From NCBI RefSeq assembly GCF_902713615.1, contig NC_052164.1:83303830-83367829 (forward strand): a stretch of DNA of 64,000 nt, in the 5' to 3' direction. Position numbers and translations under genes: made by a program. Of this stretch, positions 14,401 through 26,870 are shown piece after piece (positions within the stretch are counted from its first letter, which is position 1; each line of letters opens with the position of its first letter). This DNA comes from Scyliorhinus canicula. Lineage: Eukaryota. Below the pieces are notes generated by a model, which was not told where the DNA came from, did not search any database, and worked only from the letters and a program-made list of their open reading frames with translations.

Positions 14401-16646
14401 GAAATTGCATTGGCCATTCTTGCCTGATGTTTTTATTTTCTAATTTCTCATGGATTACTGAAATTCGATGAGCCAAGAAGTATGGCCAATGGGCAAACTT
14501 TTGGAAAACTAGTTTTTTTTTTGTTTCTGGAGCGAATGATGGATTATTCAGATTCAAATTTTCTTTTATAGTTTTTGAAAATAAAAATGTTGGCCTGTTT
14601 CATAATGCATATTAAAATTGTGATATGAAAGTGGCAGTCATCAGTTAAGAATACATTTGCCCAGGCCTTTGATCAACATTCATTCACAAGTTTCTATGTA
14701 CCAGCCGTGCTTGTCTGGTGGGGGTACAAAGGGGAGGTGGGGTGTATATTGGCAGGTGAACAACAGAAGAGAACAAAATCTTGCCCAGTACTAAATGTAT
14801 CAGGTGAAAATTATTACATAGCCATCACATGGCCTCTCTAAAGGGGCACTGGGAGAGATAGTAATGACATTCCATGAAAAGGAAGAGGTGGAAAGAGGAA
14901 TTAAGTTGATGCCCAGTTTCCCCTCACTGCTTTCATGTGTTTATTTCTACATGTGCCATTTTGTCCAGCAAAATATAGGCCAGGATATCTTGTCACATTT
15001 GATTTTTTATTGAGATGTGAACAATTCTAGTGCGCAATTAGGTTTAAGTAAGAGTCTGCTGTTAAGGCAACCTCAGTGTAATCAGTCAGTGCGTTCTGCT
15101 CTGTTTTTGGCTTATTTCTTTGACTGCTGTGATGTGGAGGTAGTGTTCTCTAGGAAGTCTTTGTACTTAATTAACTTTCAAAGTACTTTTGTACATTGAG
15201 TCAATTGGAAAAGATAGGACTTGCTGAAATAAATTATAAAATGCCTTGATAATCTTAGTGTTAGAGAATATCATTGTAATTTTTCCTGGATAGTTTTACT
15301 TCCAGTAATCCAGGTCAGTGATGCCTTGTCTTAACTTCATTTATGAACTGCTATCTTAGTTTTGTGGTTTACAAAAAAATTAAGAGGGAGGAGAAAGACA
15401 GAATGTATTGTGAATTTAAGTAGAGATTTTTATTATGAGAAACAATATATATGTAGTGATGTGGAAAAGTTTTATTTTGTTCCCCCAAAACAATAGAAGA
15501 TAAGAAGACTATCATGATGAAGGCTTTTGTCACGCAACTTCAAATTAGTTACATTCTTCAATTTTTTGTGATTAAATCATGACCAGAGTTCTTGCATTGG
15601 ACTGCATAGGGCCAGGTGATGAGCTGCTTTGACATTCAAACGCATCTGTTTTCAGATTGATATTTTGCAGCAGAAACTAATAACCATCTCCTTAATCCTC
15701 GACCAGAAAAGACTCACCAAAGCCTTTGAGAAGTTCTGTCCTGATTGAAATTAGAGAACTAAGAAAACAGCTCTCAAGAGGGTGAAAAAAATAATCATGT
15801 GACAGCTTAGCTTTTTATAGTAACTAGTTACTGTAAAGGAATTTTGTGTACATCTTTGTGAAACTGCCATTGTTGAAAGGATATTTGCCTGCTTGTCAGT
15901 AGCTAGCCTGAAATAGCCTCTTCAAATAAAATTGTACATGTCTTACAAACACCAGATTGTTTTAAAATGGCACAAAAGGCTATAGTTAACTGTTTTAGAT
16001 AGAACATTCCTTTTAATATTGTACGTGCACAATTAGTTTTTTGAAAATATAATTTTACAAAATTACCTTGACTAGTTCACAAGTATGAAATGTCAGTGAG
16101 AAAGAAGGCAGATTTGTACATTTTCTTCCAATGATAACATACTGAATTTTACAAAATATAGTTGTCAAACATAAAATGTTGTTCTGTCTTTTATTGCTTT
16201 ATTATTGTCTTTTACAATGGTCATTAGCTTTGGTAAAGTAACAGTAAAGGTGATCTCCGTTCTAGATTAGCCTCAGTAGAGGTAAATGTGCCGATGGGTC
16301 ATACAGCTCATCGTTTTGGTTCCTGAAATGGTGTAACTTAACGGGAACCTTAAGCCGCTCTGTAATAAAATGGGGCTTGAGTTTTATTTGCTGCGCACTG
16401 CTGCTGATGGGAAGCACCAAGCAGAAGTTGCCTATTTCCTCAAAGAATAAACCTTGTTTATTTCAGTAAACAGATTGCTCACCTGCGCCAAAACCTGTTG
16501 GTCGGCTGGGGATGTAGTTCCACTGAGGCAATGAAAAACATTTTTCTCCTCCAACTATTCAATAGGCCACATTGATGTATCAATACTTTGAGAAATTTTG
16601 TTAAAGGTTTTAATAAAAATATTAATTAACTGAAAAATTACTATGA

Positions 16647-16664
16647 AATAAAGTCAACTTTATT
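16647..16664. terminator. Opposed poly(A) signals between convergent VPS26B and THYN1
   Basis: AATAAAGT-CA-ACTTTATT: AATAAA on + at 16647-16652 and on - at 16659-16664. Confidence 0.4.
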
Positions 16665-17455
16665 ATAAGATACAAATACAATAATGTATACACCAAGTTG
16701 ATACTTCATAGTTACATCCGTGATGTTTTATGTCAACTTCTATTCATATGCATGATTATTTTACACCTGATCTGGAAAGTACCGATTGTTCTAATTGTAA
16801 ACTGATGTATTCCTTCTACAACAGTAAGTCAGCCTAATAATAATGCATCCCTTGTGTATTGAGAACAGAAGTCACCACAGGATCTCAACACTAAATGTAC
16901 CAAAATCCTATGTCACCAATAATTTTTCTTAATTTGTGTTATGGCAATTTAAACAACTGCGAAACAATTTGAATGCATTTTTGAAAGTGTAAACAAGTGC
17001 CAGTGTTCCAATGGTACACTTTTAACTTAAGTTGATTGACATGCAAGGGTTTTTTTTTCTGGCAGTCATCACAGTAAAATTACACCATGCAGGAGAAGGG
17101 TCAGATAGCTAATGTTTCCCTCTGCCTGCACCACTTTATCTGCACATAAAATTGAAGACTTTTTAAACTTGCAGGTAAAGTCAAACCAAGCTATGTATTT
17201 TCTATGTTTTGCTGCCATTCTAAGAGCTGCATAAAGCCGGCATAAAGTTGGCTTGGCCCACAAAAGATAATATGCATACGCCTCTGTGGGGAAAAAAATG
17301 CTGATTGCTGAATCTAGAAGATTAATCTCTACTTGCAATTTTATTCATTCTGAATTCCACCCCAACACCAAAGAAAATGTTACTTTGGATAGACACATTC
17401 AATAACTGGAAGACTGACGATCATTAACGGCTCTCCCATCAGCAACCTCTTCCAT

Positions 17456-17502
17456 TTAAACTGGTTTTTTGTCTTCAAGACTCAGGACAAAGTCAAATTC
17501 CT
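17456..17502 (-). CDS. THYN1: THYN1 (thymocyte nuclear protein 1, EVE domain), last coding exon
   Basis: tttatcag| acceptor; (E)EFDFVLSLEDKKPV*, matching the THYN1 C-terminus. Confidence 0.9.
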
Positions 17503-17764
17503 CTGATAAAGTAACAAAAAAAATCAAAGCTTTTAAAACTGTAAGCTCTTCCTTTCTCACAAAAAACCTTACCATTAAAAGTGGTAGGAAGAAAATTCAT
17601 AGTAAAACGGTGCACAAGGACATTGACACTTAAAAGGACTCTATTAACAAACATAACTAGCTTCATGGATGCAAGCATCAGTGTTAAAGAAAATGTGGTC
17701 TTCACATTGAGGATACCATCCATCCCAAATGGGATAGGATTCGAACATTTGGCAACTCTAGACT

Positions 17765-18960
17765 AGGCATCCACGTGGTGCTGTGGGCCATCAGCAGCAA
17801 CCGAATTGTATTCAACTGCAACCTCATGGCCCAACATAGCCTCTATTCTACCATTACCACCAAGCCAGCGGTCAATCCTGATCAAATGACTGCAGGAGAG
17901 CATGGCAGGAGCAACATCAAGCATACCAAAAAATGAGCTGTCAACCTGATGAAGCGACAATACAGGACTACTTGCACACCAAATAGCATAAGCAGCAAAT
18001 AATAGACAGAGCTAAGCTCTGCAGTCCTGCCACATCCAGCTGTGAATGGTGGTGGATAATTAAGCAACTCACTGGAGGAGGCAGCTCCACAAATATCCAC
18101 ATCCTCAAAGATGGGGAGCCCAGCACATGTGTGCAAAATACAAGGCTGAGGCATTTGCAATAATATTCAGCCAGAAGTGCTGAGTGGATGATCCATCTCA
18201 GTCGCCTCCGGAGGTCCCCAGCATCACAGATGTCAGTCTTCAGCCAATACGATTCTCTCCACATGATATCAAGAAATGGCTAAAGGCACTTGAAACTGCA
18301 AAGGCTATGGGCCCTGCCAATATTCCGGCAATAGTACTGAAATTGTGCTCCAGAACTTGCCACATCCCTAGCCAAGCTGTTCCAGTACAGCTACAACAGT
18401 GGCATCTACCCAGCAATGTGGAAATTGCCCATGTGTGTCCTGTACACAAACAGAACAAATGCAACCCTGCCAATTACTGCCCTCGCAGTCTACTCTCTAT
18501 CATCAGCAAAGAGATGGAAGGAGTCATCAACAGTGCTATCAAGCAGTACTAACTCCGCAATAACCTGCTCACTGACGCTCAGTTTGGGTTCTGCCAGGGT
18601 CACTCAGCTCCTAACTTCTTTACAGCTTTGGTTCAAACATGGACAAAAGAGCTTAATGCCAGAAGTGAGGTGAGAGGACTGCCCTTGACATCAAGGCAGC
18701 ATTTGACCGAGTATGGCATAAAGCAGCCCTAGCTGAACTGGAGTCAATGGGACCAAAAGAGAAAATGCTGGGAAATCTCAGGAGGTCTGGCAGCATCTGT
18801 AAGGAGAGACGAGCTAACGTTTCGAGTCCAGATGACCCTTTGTCAAAGCTGGTTAATGGTACTATCTATAAGAGGCACTGCAGTAACCCGCCAAGGTTCC
18901 TTAGACAGCACCTTCCAAACCCATGACCACTACCAACTAGAAGGACAAGCGCAGCAGATA
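17765..18960 (+). mobile_element. Degenerate CR1/L2-type LINE RT fragment
   Basis: KAMGPANIP, NPANYCP, QFGFCQGHS, ALDIKAAFDRVWH; interrupted by a Penelope remnant at ~18757-18850. Confidence 0.8.
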
Positions 18961-19861
18961 GTGAGATGTCCATTCACCATCTATAGATCAAAAGTTCAAC
19001 AGCAAAATAAAAGGGAAAATAAGGGAATAAACAGGAAGGACCCTTATACAGTTGTTAAACACTTCTCAAAATACTCACTTCTAAAAGAGAAAACTATGAA
19101 ATTAAACTTTGATTTAACAATCAATGAAATAAACTTGCCTCGCCATGGGTTTCTAACAAATACTGGGCAGTTTACTGAACCTCAGCCAGCTAGTCACAAG
19201 ACTGAGTTTAAATTAATATTACTTTTTCAGTACTTGCACTGAAAATATTTAAAGTAAAATAATTCTGGAAATTTATAGCATTACTCTGCATCGGGAGGGG
19301 TTAATGTTTTGGTTGGGACCATTGAATTAATTCTTAAGAATGATCACACAAAATATTAATTGGCTTTTTCAGTTGCTGACTTCACTTTTCCAGGAACCAG
19401 TTGCCAATGAATGTTCTAAACAAGGAAAATGCTCAATTCTACACACCACTAATTATAAACTGGCAGCTATTCTTATCACTAGCTGATTTTTTAAAAAAAT
19501 CTTTGATTTACCAGCAAACGCTATCTTGTGACTGATTACAGGGCACAACACTAATGATGTTGAATCAGCTGACAAGAGGTGCCAGAAAATAAGTCTTCAG
19601 TAATAATCAGGTTGAAAATTTAGTTTTGCGTCAACACAATAGTTAATGAAAAAAAAATCAATTTTTAGAAATAGTAAATTTTAACTCCTTATGCTGACAA
19701 ATCGATGCTTCATTTTCTCACATTGCCCAATGTGAAGACTTGGTAACTCACATAATTTGATGGGACTAATATTTATACTGCCCTTACAACAATGTGATAT
19801 TGCTTAGAAATGGAGCAATAGTTGTGGTTACTACAGTATCAATATAATGCACCAACCTCAC

Positions 19862-20012
19862 CTTTGGCTAGTGGCTGTATGGAAAGCCTAGCCCTGGTAA
19901 AGAGTGCCATGTTTTTCAGTGGACCTTCCTTGGTTTTGTGTTCTTGATGGTGTCGCTTCATTTCAGCCAGAGAGATGAAACGCTTCATCATCCTCACAAA
20001 CTGCACATCCAC
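19862..20012 (-). CDS. THYN1: THYN1 coding exon 6
   Basis: ttttccag| ... G|gtgag, 151 bp; VDVQFVRMMKRFISLAEMKRHHQEHKTKEGPLKNMALFTRARLSIQPLAK. Confidence 0.95.
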
Positions 20013-22656
20013 CTGGAAAAGTCAGGAGTTTAGACAGAGAAGCAAGATGCATTTCTATCAGATATTTTCATTCTTCCAGCGCAGATATTTCATGATACCT
20101 CTCCCTGATGCATCCAACCCTTACTGTCGATATTAACCTGTGATTCAGCATTTAAATTATAGTTCGTCCTCTTGACTTAAGTTGCTATCAATTCTCGCTT
20201 GCAGCCATCACTACCTCACACTAACTGACAAATCATAAGTCAGAAATGAGATTCGCCTAGTTACTAAATTGTTTAACTAATAATTTAATATCTCATAATG
20301 AAAGATGCAAACTTTGACTGGTCAAGAGAAATATTGACAGCAGCCAAGAAATAAGTCAACCTTCCACTTGTTTAAAGAAGATAAGTTACATAGTGGAAGG
20401 CAATGAATACTATTATTATTAAAATAAAAGCACAAGAAATTGGATGATCAGATCACTGCTGGGTGGCATTTTTTAAACATCAAAAAGTATGACATTTAAT
20501 TACCAGAAATAAGCCATTCAATCCACCTGGTCCATGCTGGTGTTTATGCTCCACATGAGCCTCCTCCCAACCCTACAGTATGTAAGCTTATAATCTTACA
20601 TTCCTTTCTCCCTCTAGTACTTGTCTAACTTCCCCTCAAAAGCATTGACCCTATTCACTTAAAGTACTCCATGTGGTATTAAGTTCCACATTCTCAACAG
20701 TCTGGAAAATAAGTTTCCTTTGGATTCTTCATTAAATTTAAATAAAAGGGTAAACATTTGAATTATATTTGAATGGGTTGTGTATGGATTTTGCGTTCAT
20801 TCCAGTAGTTGTGGGCCGCAAAGAGTATCTGGTCAACTAGTTTCTTAAGCTTTACCTATGACACCAACCCAATTATTACGGAGCTGCATATATATGCTGT
20901 TTAACAGTCTCCAGTGGCAGTGGCTAATCAGATCATTGCACGCTACAATCATGTAACTGCTGGGTTCATTAAAAATTCAAAATCATCAGGTATGTCGACA
21001 AGATATGACAAATAATATACAGAACAGAGTATTAATGACATCTATTGAGTCTGCTGTAATGACCATGATCAGTTGAAATTAACTGAACAAATATGAGCTG
21101 TAAAAACATGGGGGTCATTTTCCATATGTGAAAAAATCAGTGCAGGCCCAAAATCCAAGAGAAGCAAATAACATGATTCTCTCCGGCATGTTTGGCATCT
21201 TCCTCCCCCACCCCCCGATGCCAGCCCGGTGATGGGAAAGTGGCCAACATTGTGCCGTGAAGCATGATGGTAAAAGAGGCCAACAGATTTGTGTGTGGGG
21301 GGAAACTCCAGCTGAAGCAGAATGGATTTTGAGGGAACCCCAGGACAACATCTTGCAACTGGAACTTTCACTGCTAACACTTTGTTTTGGAACAGTGAGA
21401 ACAAGGCTCTCTCAAGAACAAATAATACCTATATACTACAGGATTGTTTAACTCAAACCATATAAAAAGCGTAAGATTTTGACGGCGATAACCCGGGGAT
21501 CAATATTCGCAAGACAAGACCAGAGTTTGGAAACTTACAGGGCACACCCTCTACAGCAAGCCTGTCCAAGTTCTCTCTAGTGGGCAGTATTGTTGTTCAA
21601 ATTGTGAGTCTTTAAACTTATATAACTGTTTCTTAAGTGTGAAAGTAAAGGCTATATTTAAATGCAAATCAAACATGTAGTGAGTATCAATTTGTCTGTG
21701 TCATCAATTGATGCCAGCAGAAGGCTGCACCAAAGGAACCTCATTTCAATACATTACCATGTCATTAGTAAGCTCTCTCTAGACCCCCCAGCCCGCCCCT
21801 CCCAAAATCTTGACCCGTCACGACGGTGTGATTTACACCACTTTTGGCCAGGCGTGAGGCAGGCAGTCGAAGGGATTCCCCCTGGGGGTGCAGAGGTATG
21901 TATAGCCCCCCCCCCCCCCGAGGGGATAAAGAGACATGGCAGTGCCAACGTGTGCTATAGCAGGAGCCCCATTGGGGGAGGGAGGGGACATCAAGGGGCG
22001 GTGGTGTGTGGCAATGACTGGTCGGGGGAGGAGGGGGGGAATCTGCCAGTGATTACTGTCTTGGGGGATGCAGAAAGAGCTCCAAGATGTGGCCTGGGTG
22101 ACATTGGGCCGCAGCGCTTTTCAGGGAGCTCTTTAAAGATGGGGCCTCAATCTGTTTGAAGCTGGTTCCCAACTCTAAAAGTTCAAGCCTCGCTGAAGTG
22201 ACAGCATTAACTACATCCACTCACTTTGGTTTCTAAGATGCTCAAGATTCCATAAGAAGTCCACCAATGAATTCACTCAAGTTTTTCTTGCTGGGACTGA
22301 CACTTTGCCTTTTTTTTTTGTAAGATTCTGCCCTTTATGTATTTCCCTCTCTTTGGGGAAAAAGTGCCTATGGGGTGCGATGAGCTCTACTTCATGAGCC
22401 AGAGCGCATTATGGGGTAAAATTGCCTGTTTTCTATCTATTGTGAAATAATCAGTATAAAGAGTAACAAACAGATAACCCTGTTCACATTCGAATTTATC
22501 TCGCAACAAAGCTTAGTCATAGTAGGGGCTGGTTTAGCACAGGGCTAAAGAGCTGGCTTTTAAAGCAGACCAGCAGCACGGTTCAATTCCCGTACCAGCC
22601 TCCCCGAACTGGCGCTGGAATGTGGCGACTAGAGGCTTTTCACGGTAACTTCATTT

Positions 22657-24090
22657 AACATAAGAACTAGGAACAGGAGTAGGCTATCTGGCCCCTCGAG
22701 CCTGCTCCGCCATTCAATGAGATCATGGCTGATCTTTTGTGGACTCAGCTTCACTTTCCGGCCTGAACACCAGAACCATTAATCCCTTTATTCTTCAAAA
22801 AACTATCTATCTTAAAAACATTTAATGAAGGAGCCTCTACTACTTCACTGGGCAAGGAATTCCATAGATTCACAACCCTTTGGGTGAAGAAGTTCCTCCT
22901 AAACTCAGTCCTTAATCTACTTCCCCTTATTTTGAGGCTATGCCCCCTAGTTCTGCTTTCACCTGCCAGTGGAAACAACCTGCCCGCATCTATCCTATCT
23001 ATTCCCTTCATAATTTTATATGTTTCTATAAGAACCCCCTCATCCTTCTAAATTCCAACGAGTACAGTCCCAGTCTACTCAACCTCTCCTCGGAATCCAA
23101 CCCCTTCAGCTCTGGGATTAACCTAGTGAATCTCTTCACACCCTCCAGTGCCAGTACGTCCTTTCTCCAGTAAGGAGACCAAAACTGAACACAATACTCC
23201 AGGTGTGACCTCACTAACACATTATACAATTGCAGCATAACCTCCCTAGTCTTAAACTCCATCCCTTTAGTAATGAAGGACAAAATTCCATTTGCCTTCT
23301 TGATCACCTGTTGCACCTGTAAATCAACTTTTTAGCGACTCATGCACTAGCACACCCAGGTCTCTGCACAGCGGCATGTTTTAATATTTTATCATTTAAA
23401 TAATAATCCCGTTTGCTGTTATTCCTACCGAAATGGATAACCTCTCATTTGTCAACATTGTATTCCATCTGCCAGACCCTAGCCCATTCACTTAACCTGT
23501 CCAAATCCCTCTGCAGACTTCCAGTATCCTCTGCACTTTTCGCTTTACCACTCATCTTAGTGTCGTCTGCAAACTTGGACACATTGCCCTTGGTCCCCAA
23601 CTCCAAATCATCTATGTAAATTGTGAACAATTGTGGGCCCAACACTGATCCCTGAGGGACACCACTAGCTACTGATTGCCAACCAGAGAAACACCCATTA
23701 ATCCCCACTCTTTGCTTTCTATTAATTAACCAATCCTCTATTCATGCTACTACTTTACCCTTAATGCCATGCATCTTTATCTGATGCAGCAACCTTTTGT
23801 GTGGCACCTTGTCAAAGGCTTTCTGGAAATCCAGATATACCACATCCATTGGCTCCCCGATATCTACTGCACTGGTAATGTCCTCAAAAACTTCCACTAA
23901 ATTAGTTAGGCACGACCTGCCCTTTATGAACCCATGCTGCATCTGCCCAATGGGACAATTTGTATCCAGGTGCCTCGCTATTTCTTCCTTGATGATAGAT
24001 TCCAGCATCTTCCCTACTACCGAAGTTAAGCTCAATGGCCTATAATTACCCAGTCTCTGCCTACCTCCTTTTTTAAACAGTGGTGTCACG
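22657..24090 (-). mobile_element. 5'-truncated CR1 LINE (RT to 3' tail) inserted into a SINE
   Basis: ORF fragments YRPLSL, DFQKAFD, PQGSVLGP, FADD, YCVQFWSP; 3' tail at 22657. Confidence 0.92.
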
Positions 24091-24385
24091 TTTGAAGCTT
24101 ACTTGTGACAATAAGCGATTTTCATTTCATTTTTCATTTAATTAGTCCTGGCACACTAACATCTCGCAATATGCTCCATGAGTTTTTACGCTTGCTGCAA
24201 TTTGTTGCTGAAATACTATAAATATATATAATTTGTCCTGGAAGCACTGAAAATGTCAGTTTACAGGCACTTGGGTGATAAATCACAGCATTCCCCCAGG
24301 TAATTTTATGATGGTTCTTAAAGTTTCTGAAAGACTCATCTTTTTTTATGGTTGCAATAAAATGCAAAAGAATACTGTCACTTAC

Positions 24386-24481
24386 CATGAACCATTTAGG
24401 ATTTTCCTTCGAGCTTCTGGGGTCATAATGAGGATCCTTCTTGTCAAACTGTGTGTGATCAACATAAGATGCCTTTACGAT
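24386..24481 (-). CDS. THYN1: THYN1 coding exon 5
   Basis: caaag| ... ATG|gtaagt, 96 bp; IVKASYVDHTQFDKKDPHYDPRSSKENPKWFM. Confidence 0.95.
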
Positions 24482-25164
24482 CTTTGAAAGAAACAACAAG
24501 AATTCCAAATACAATTAGAGAGGAAGGAAATACTAATCTGTTACACGTTTTGTGATTGTTCAAAGTTTATCAAAACAGTGAATTTAGGCTTTTTTAAACC
24601 ACAGATTAAAAGCACTGACAAATTATTTATTGCCTTTGGATGAAGGCAGTTTTCTCTTCAGCTGTACTGTTTATTTTATATTCAATGGCACATTGGATCA
24701 CAGTGCCACACTTAAATGCATCAAATACTGCTCAATATTTCAATCCGATCAATCACGTCTGGGTCCAGAGGGGAAATCATTAATTAAATTTCCTTTTGTT
24801 AACCTTGTTGGAGGAGACAATAGTTTTAGAACTAGTTTTACTCTTCTGCCAGTTCTCCCCCAATCTCCCTCTAAAGGCAGTGACTCCTCCAATTGGGGTT
24901 CAAGTCAACCCATTGAGTCCCTACTCAATACCATATGGCATCCAGAGTCTTGCTGTCAATAGGCTACAACAAATGGCATTATATTTCAGTCCCCAGCACA
25001 GATCTGTCATTTTAATGAGCAAAATATTTAAGGGGGAGGCACCCATTAGTTGCAACAATATAAATTCCACTTATTACAAATGTACAAGAAGAGATCACAG
25101 TCCAAAAATGCTTGAAGAGCACAAAACAGGTACTAAAATGTCAATAGATATTAAAAATGAAAAC

Positions 25165-25257
25165 CTTGACAACTGCGGCGATTCCAGGCTCTTTACAATT
25201 GCTGTGGTAGAAAAAGGCCAGCTGCCCCACCTTCATATCTCTCATGAAATTTCGAGC
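25165..25257 (-). CDS. THYN1: THYN1 coding exon 4
   Basis: aatag| ... AAG|gttttc (weak donor), 93 bp; ARNFMRDMKVGQLAFFYHSNCKEPGIAAVVK (EVE-domain motif FFYHS). Confidence 0.94.
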
Positions 25258-26431
25258 CTATTATTACAGAATAGACAAAATAAACTATTTCACTGCACAC
25301 TTTTCTACCTGGATGCAATAGCTCTTCCATTAGCCCCAAATCTACATTTGATATGTTCATATATGTACAGTACATGAGAAGCAGTCATCCTTATACCACC
25401 AGCTGTTCAATTCTTGTTGAGGAATACTTTCTGCTGTGCTTCATAAGCAAATAACACCAAGGGTGTTTAAAACAGTCTCACAAATAATTCAAAGGATTAA
25501 AATACATGTAAAACTGCCCAAAATGGGGTGGCACAGTGGTTAGCACTGTTGCCTACAGCGCTGAGGACCCAGGTTTCATCCCGTCCCAGGGTCACTGTGT
25601 GCAGTTACGCGTTCTCCCCGTGTCGGGTGGGTTTAACCACACAATCCCAAGATGAGCAAGTTAGTGGATTGCCCTTTAATGGAAAAAAAAATTATTGGAT
25701 ACTCCCTAAATTAAAAAAATATTACTAAAAACTGGCCAAATTAAACCTTCTGAATTTTATATCCAACAGTAAGTATTTATAAATTAGTTGTTTTGTCCCT
25801 AAGGAAACACTGAATACCTTGGACTGTCCTACATCTTTGCACTCAGGCATATATGCTATCAGAGCAACAATGCAGCGTCAAAGATCATGAAAATTGGATG
25901 CAAGTCATTGATGCACGTAATTACAATAGGTCCAGGTTTCCTCAATATTTTACAATAATCTATCTGAGTTCCTGTCCAAATACGTATCTCTTCCATAATA
26001 GCCCATCTTCCAAGTTACAGAGTATTATACTTGGTCTTCCTGCATTTGAGACATGCACTTGGGAATCGGAGACATGGGACGTGGTGTGAAGATGAGACAA
26101 TTGTGTGTGCTTGGATCAGGACTGTTGGTGCCTGCACGCAAGAGGAAGATCCAGAGCTGCCTTGTGCAGTTAGCACCCTGCCTGTTGTAGGAAGACCTCA
26201 CTGGCAGTCTTGGTCAGAGGGGTGACAGCAGCAGATGCTAGCATCACATCAGCCACCCTTCCAACAAAGACATGGTGCACAACAGCACTTGGTAATCTTA
26301 CAGGTGAAACAATGGCTGCCATCAGATCCGGCCAGTCTCTGTGATAGTCTGGAAACTGCAATTCAGTCCGCCCTCCATTCACCAAATTCCTCAAGTGCAC
26401 TAAAGTGGTAGCTATTTTTAAAAATAAATAA

Positions 26432-26640
26432 ATTTAGAGTACCCAATTCATTTTTTTTCAATTAAGGGGCAATTTAGTGCGGCCAATCCACCTACCCTGC
26501 ACATTTTTGGGTTGTGGGGGCGAAACCCACGCAAACACGGGGAGAATGTGCAAACTCCACACAGACAGTGACCCAGAGCCGGGATCGAACCTGGGACCTC
26601 AGCGCCGTGAGGCAGCAGGGCTAACCCACTGTGCTGCCCC
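26432..26640 (-). mobile_element. Short HE1-related SINE
   Basis: Same family as 345-551. Confidence 0.82.
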
Positions 26641-26870
26641 TAAAGTGGTAGCTATGACCACTCCCTTGCTGTCACTTATCTGGGCATCTGCTGTATGATT
26701 CAATGAAGCAGCCACTTGGTTCTGGCAGCTGTTCTATTGCCTGAGCAATGTTGGTGCTGAGCACTGCAGCCTTGGAGACCAAACCAGCTGGGAACTCAAA
26801 AGTTCTTGCTGATGGAGCCCAGGATCCTCATGCTCCACCAGTGTAGAAGCCAACTATTTTCTAATACACC

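Noticed and set aside
24796-25377. 193-aa + strand ORF
   Set aside because: No recognisable motif; antisense to THYN1 exon 4 and its intron.
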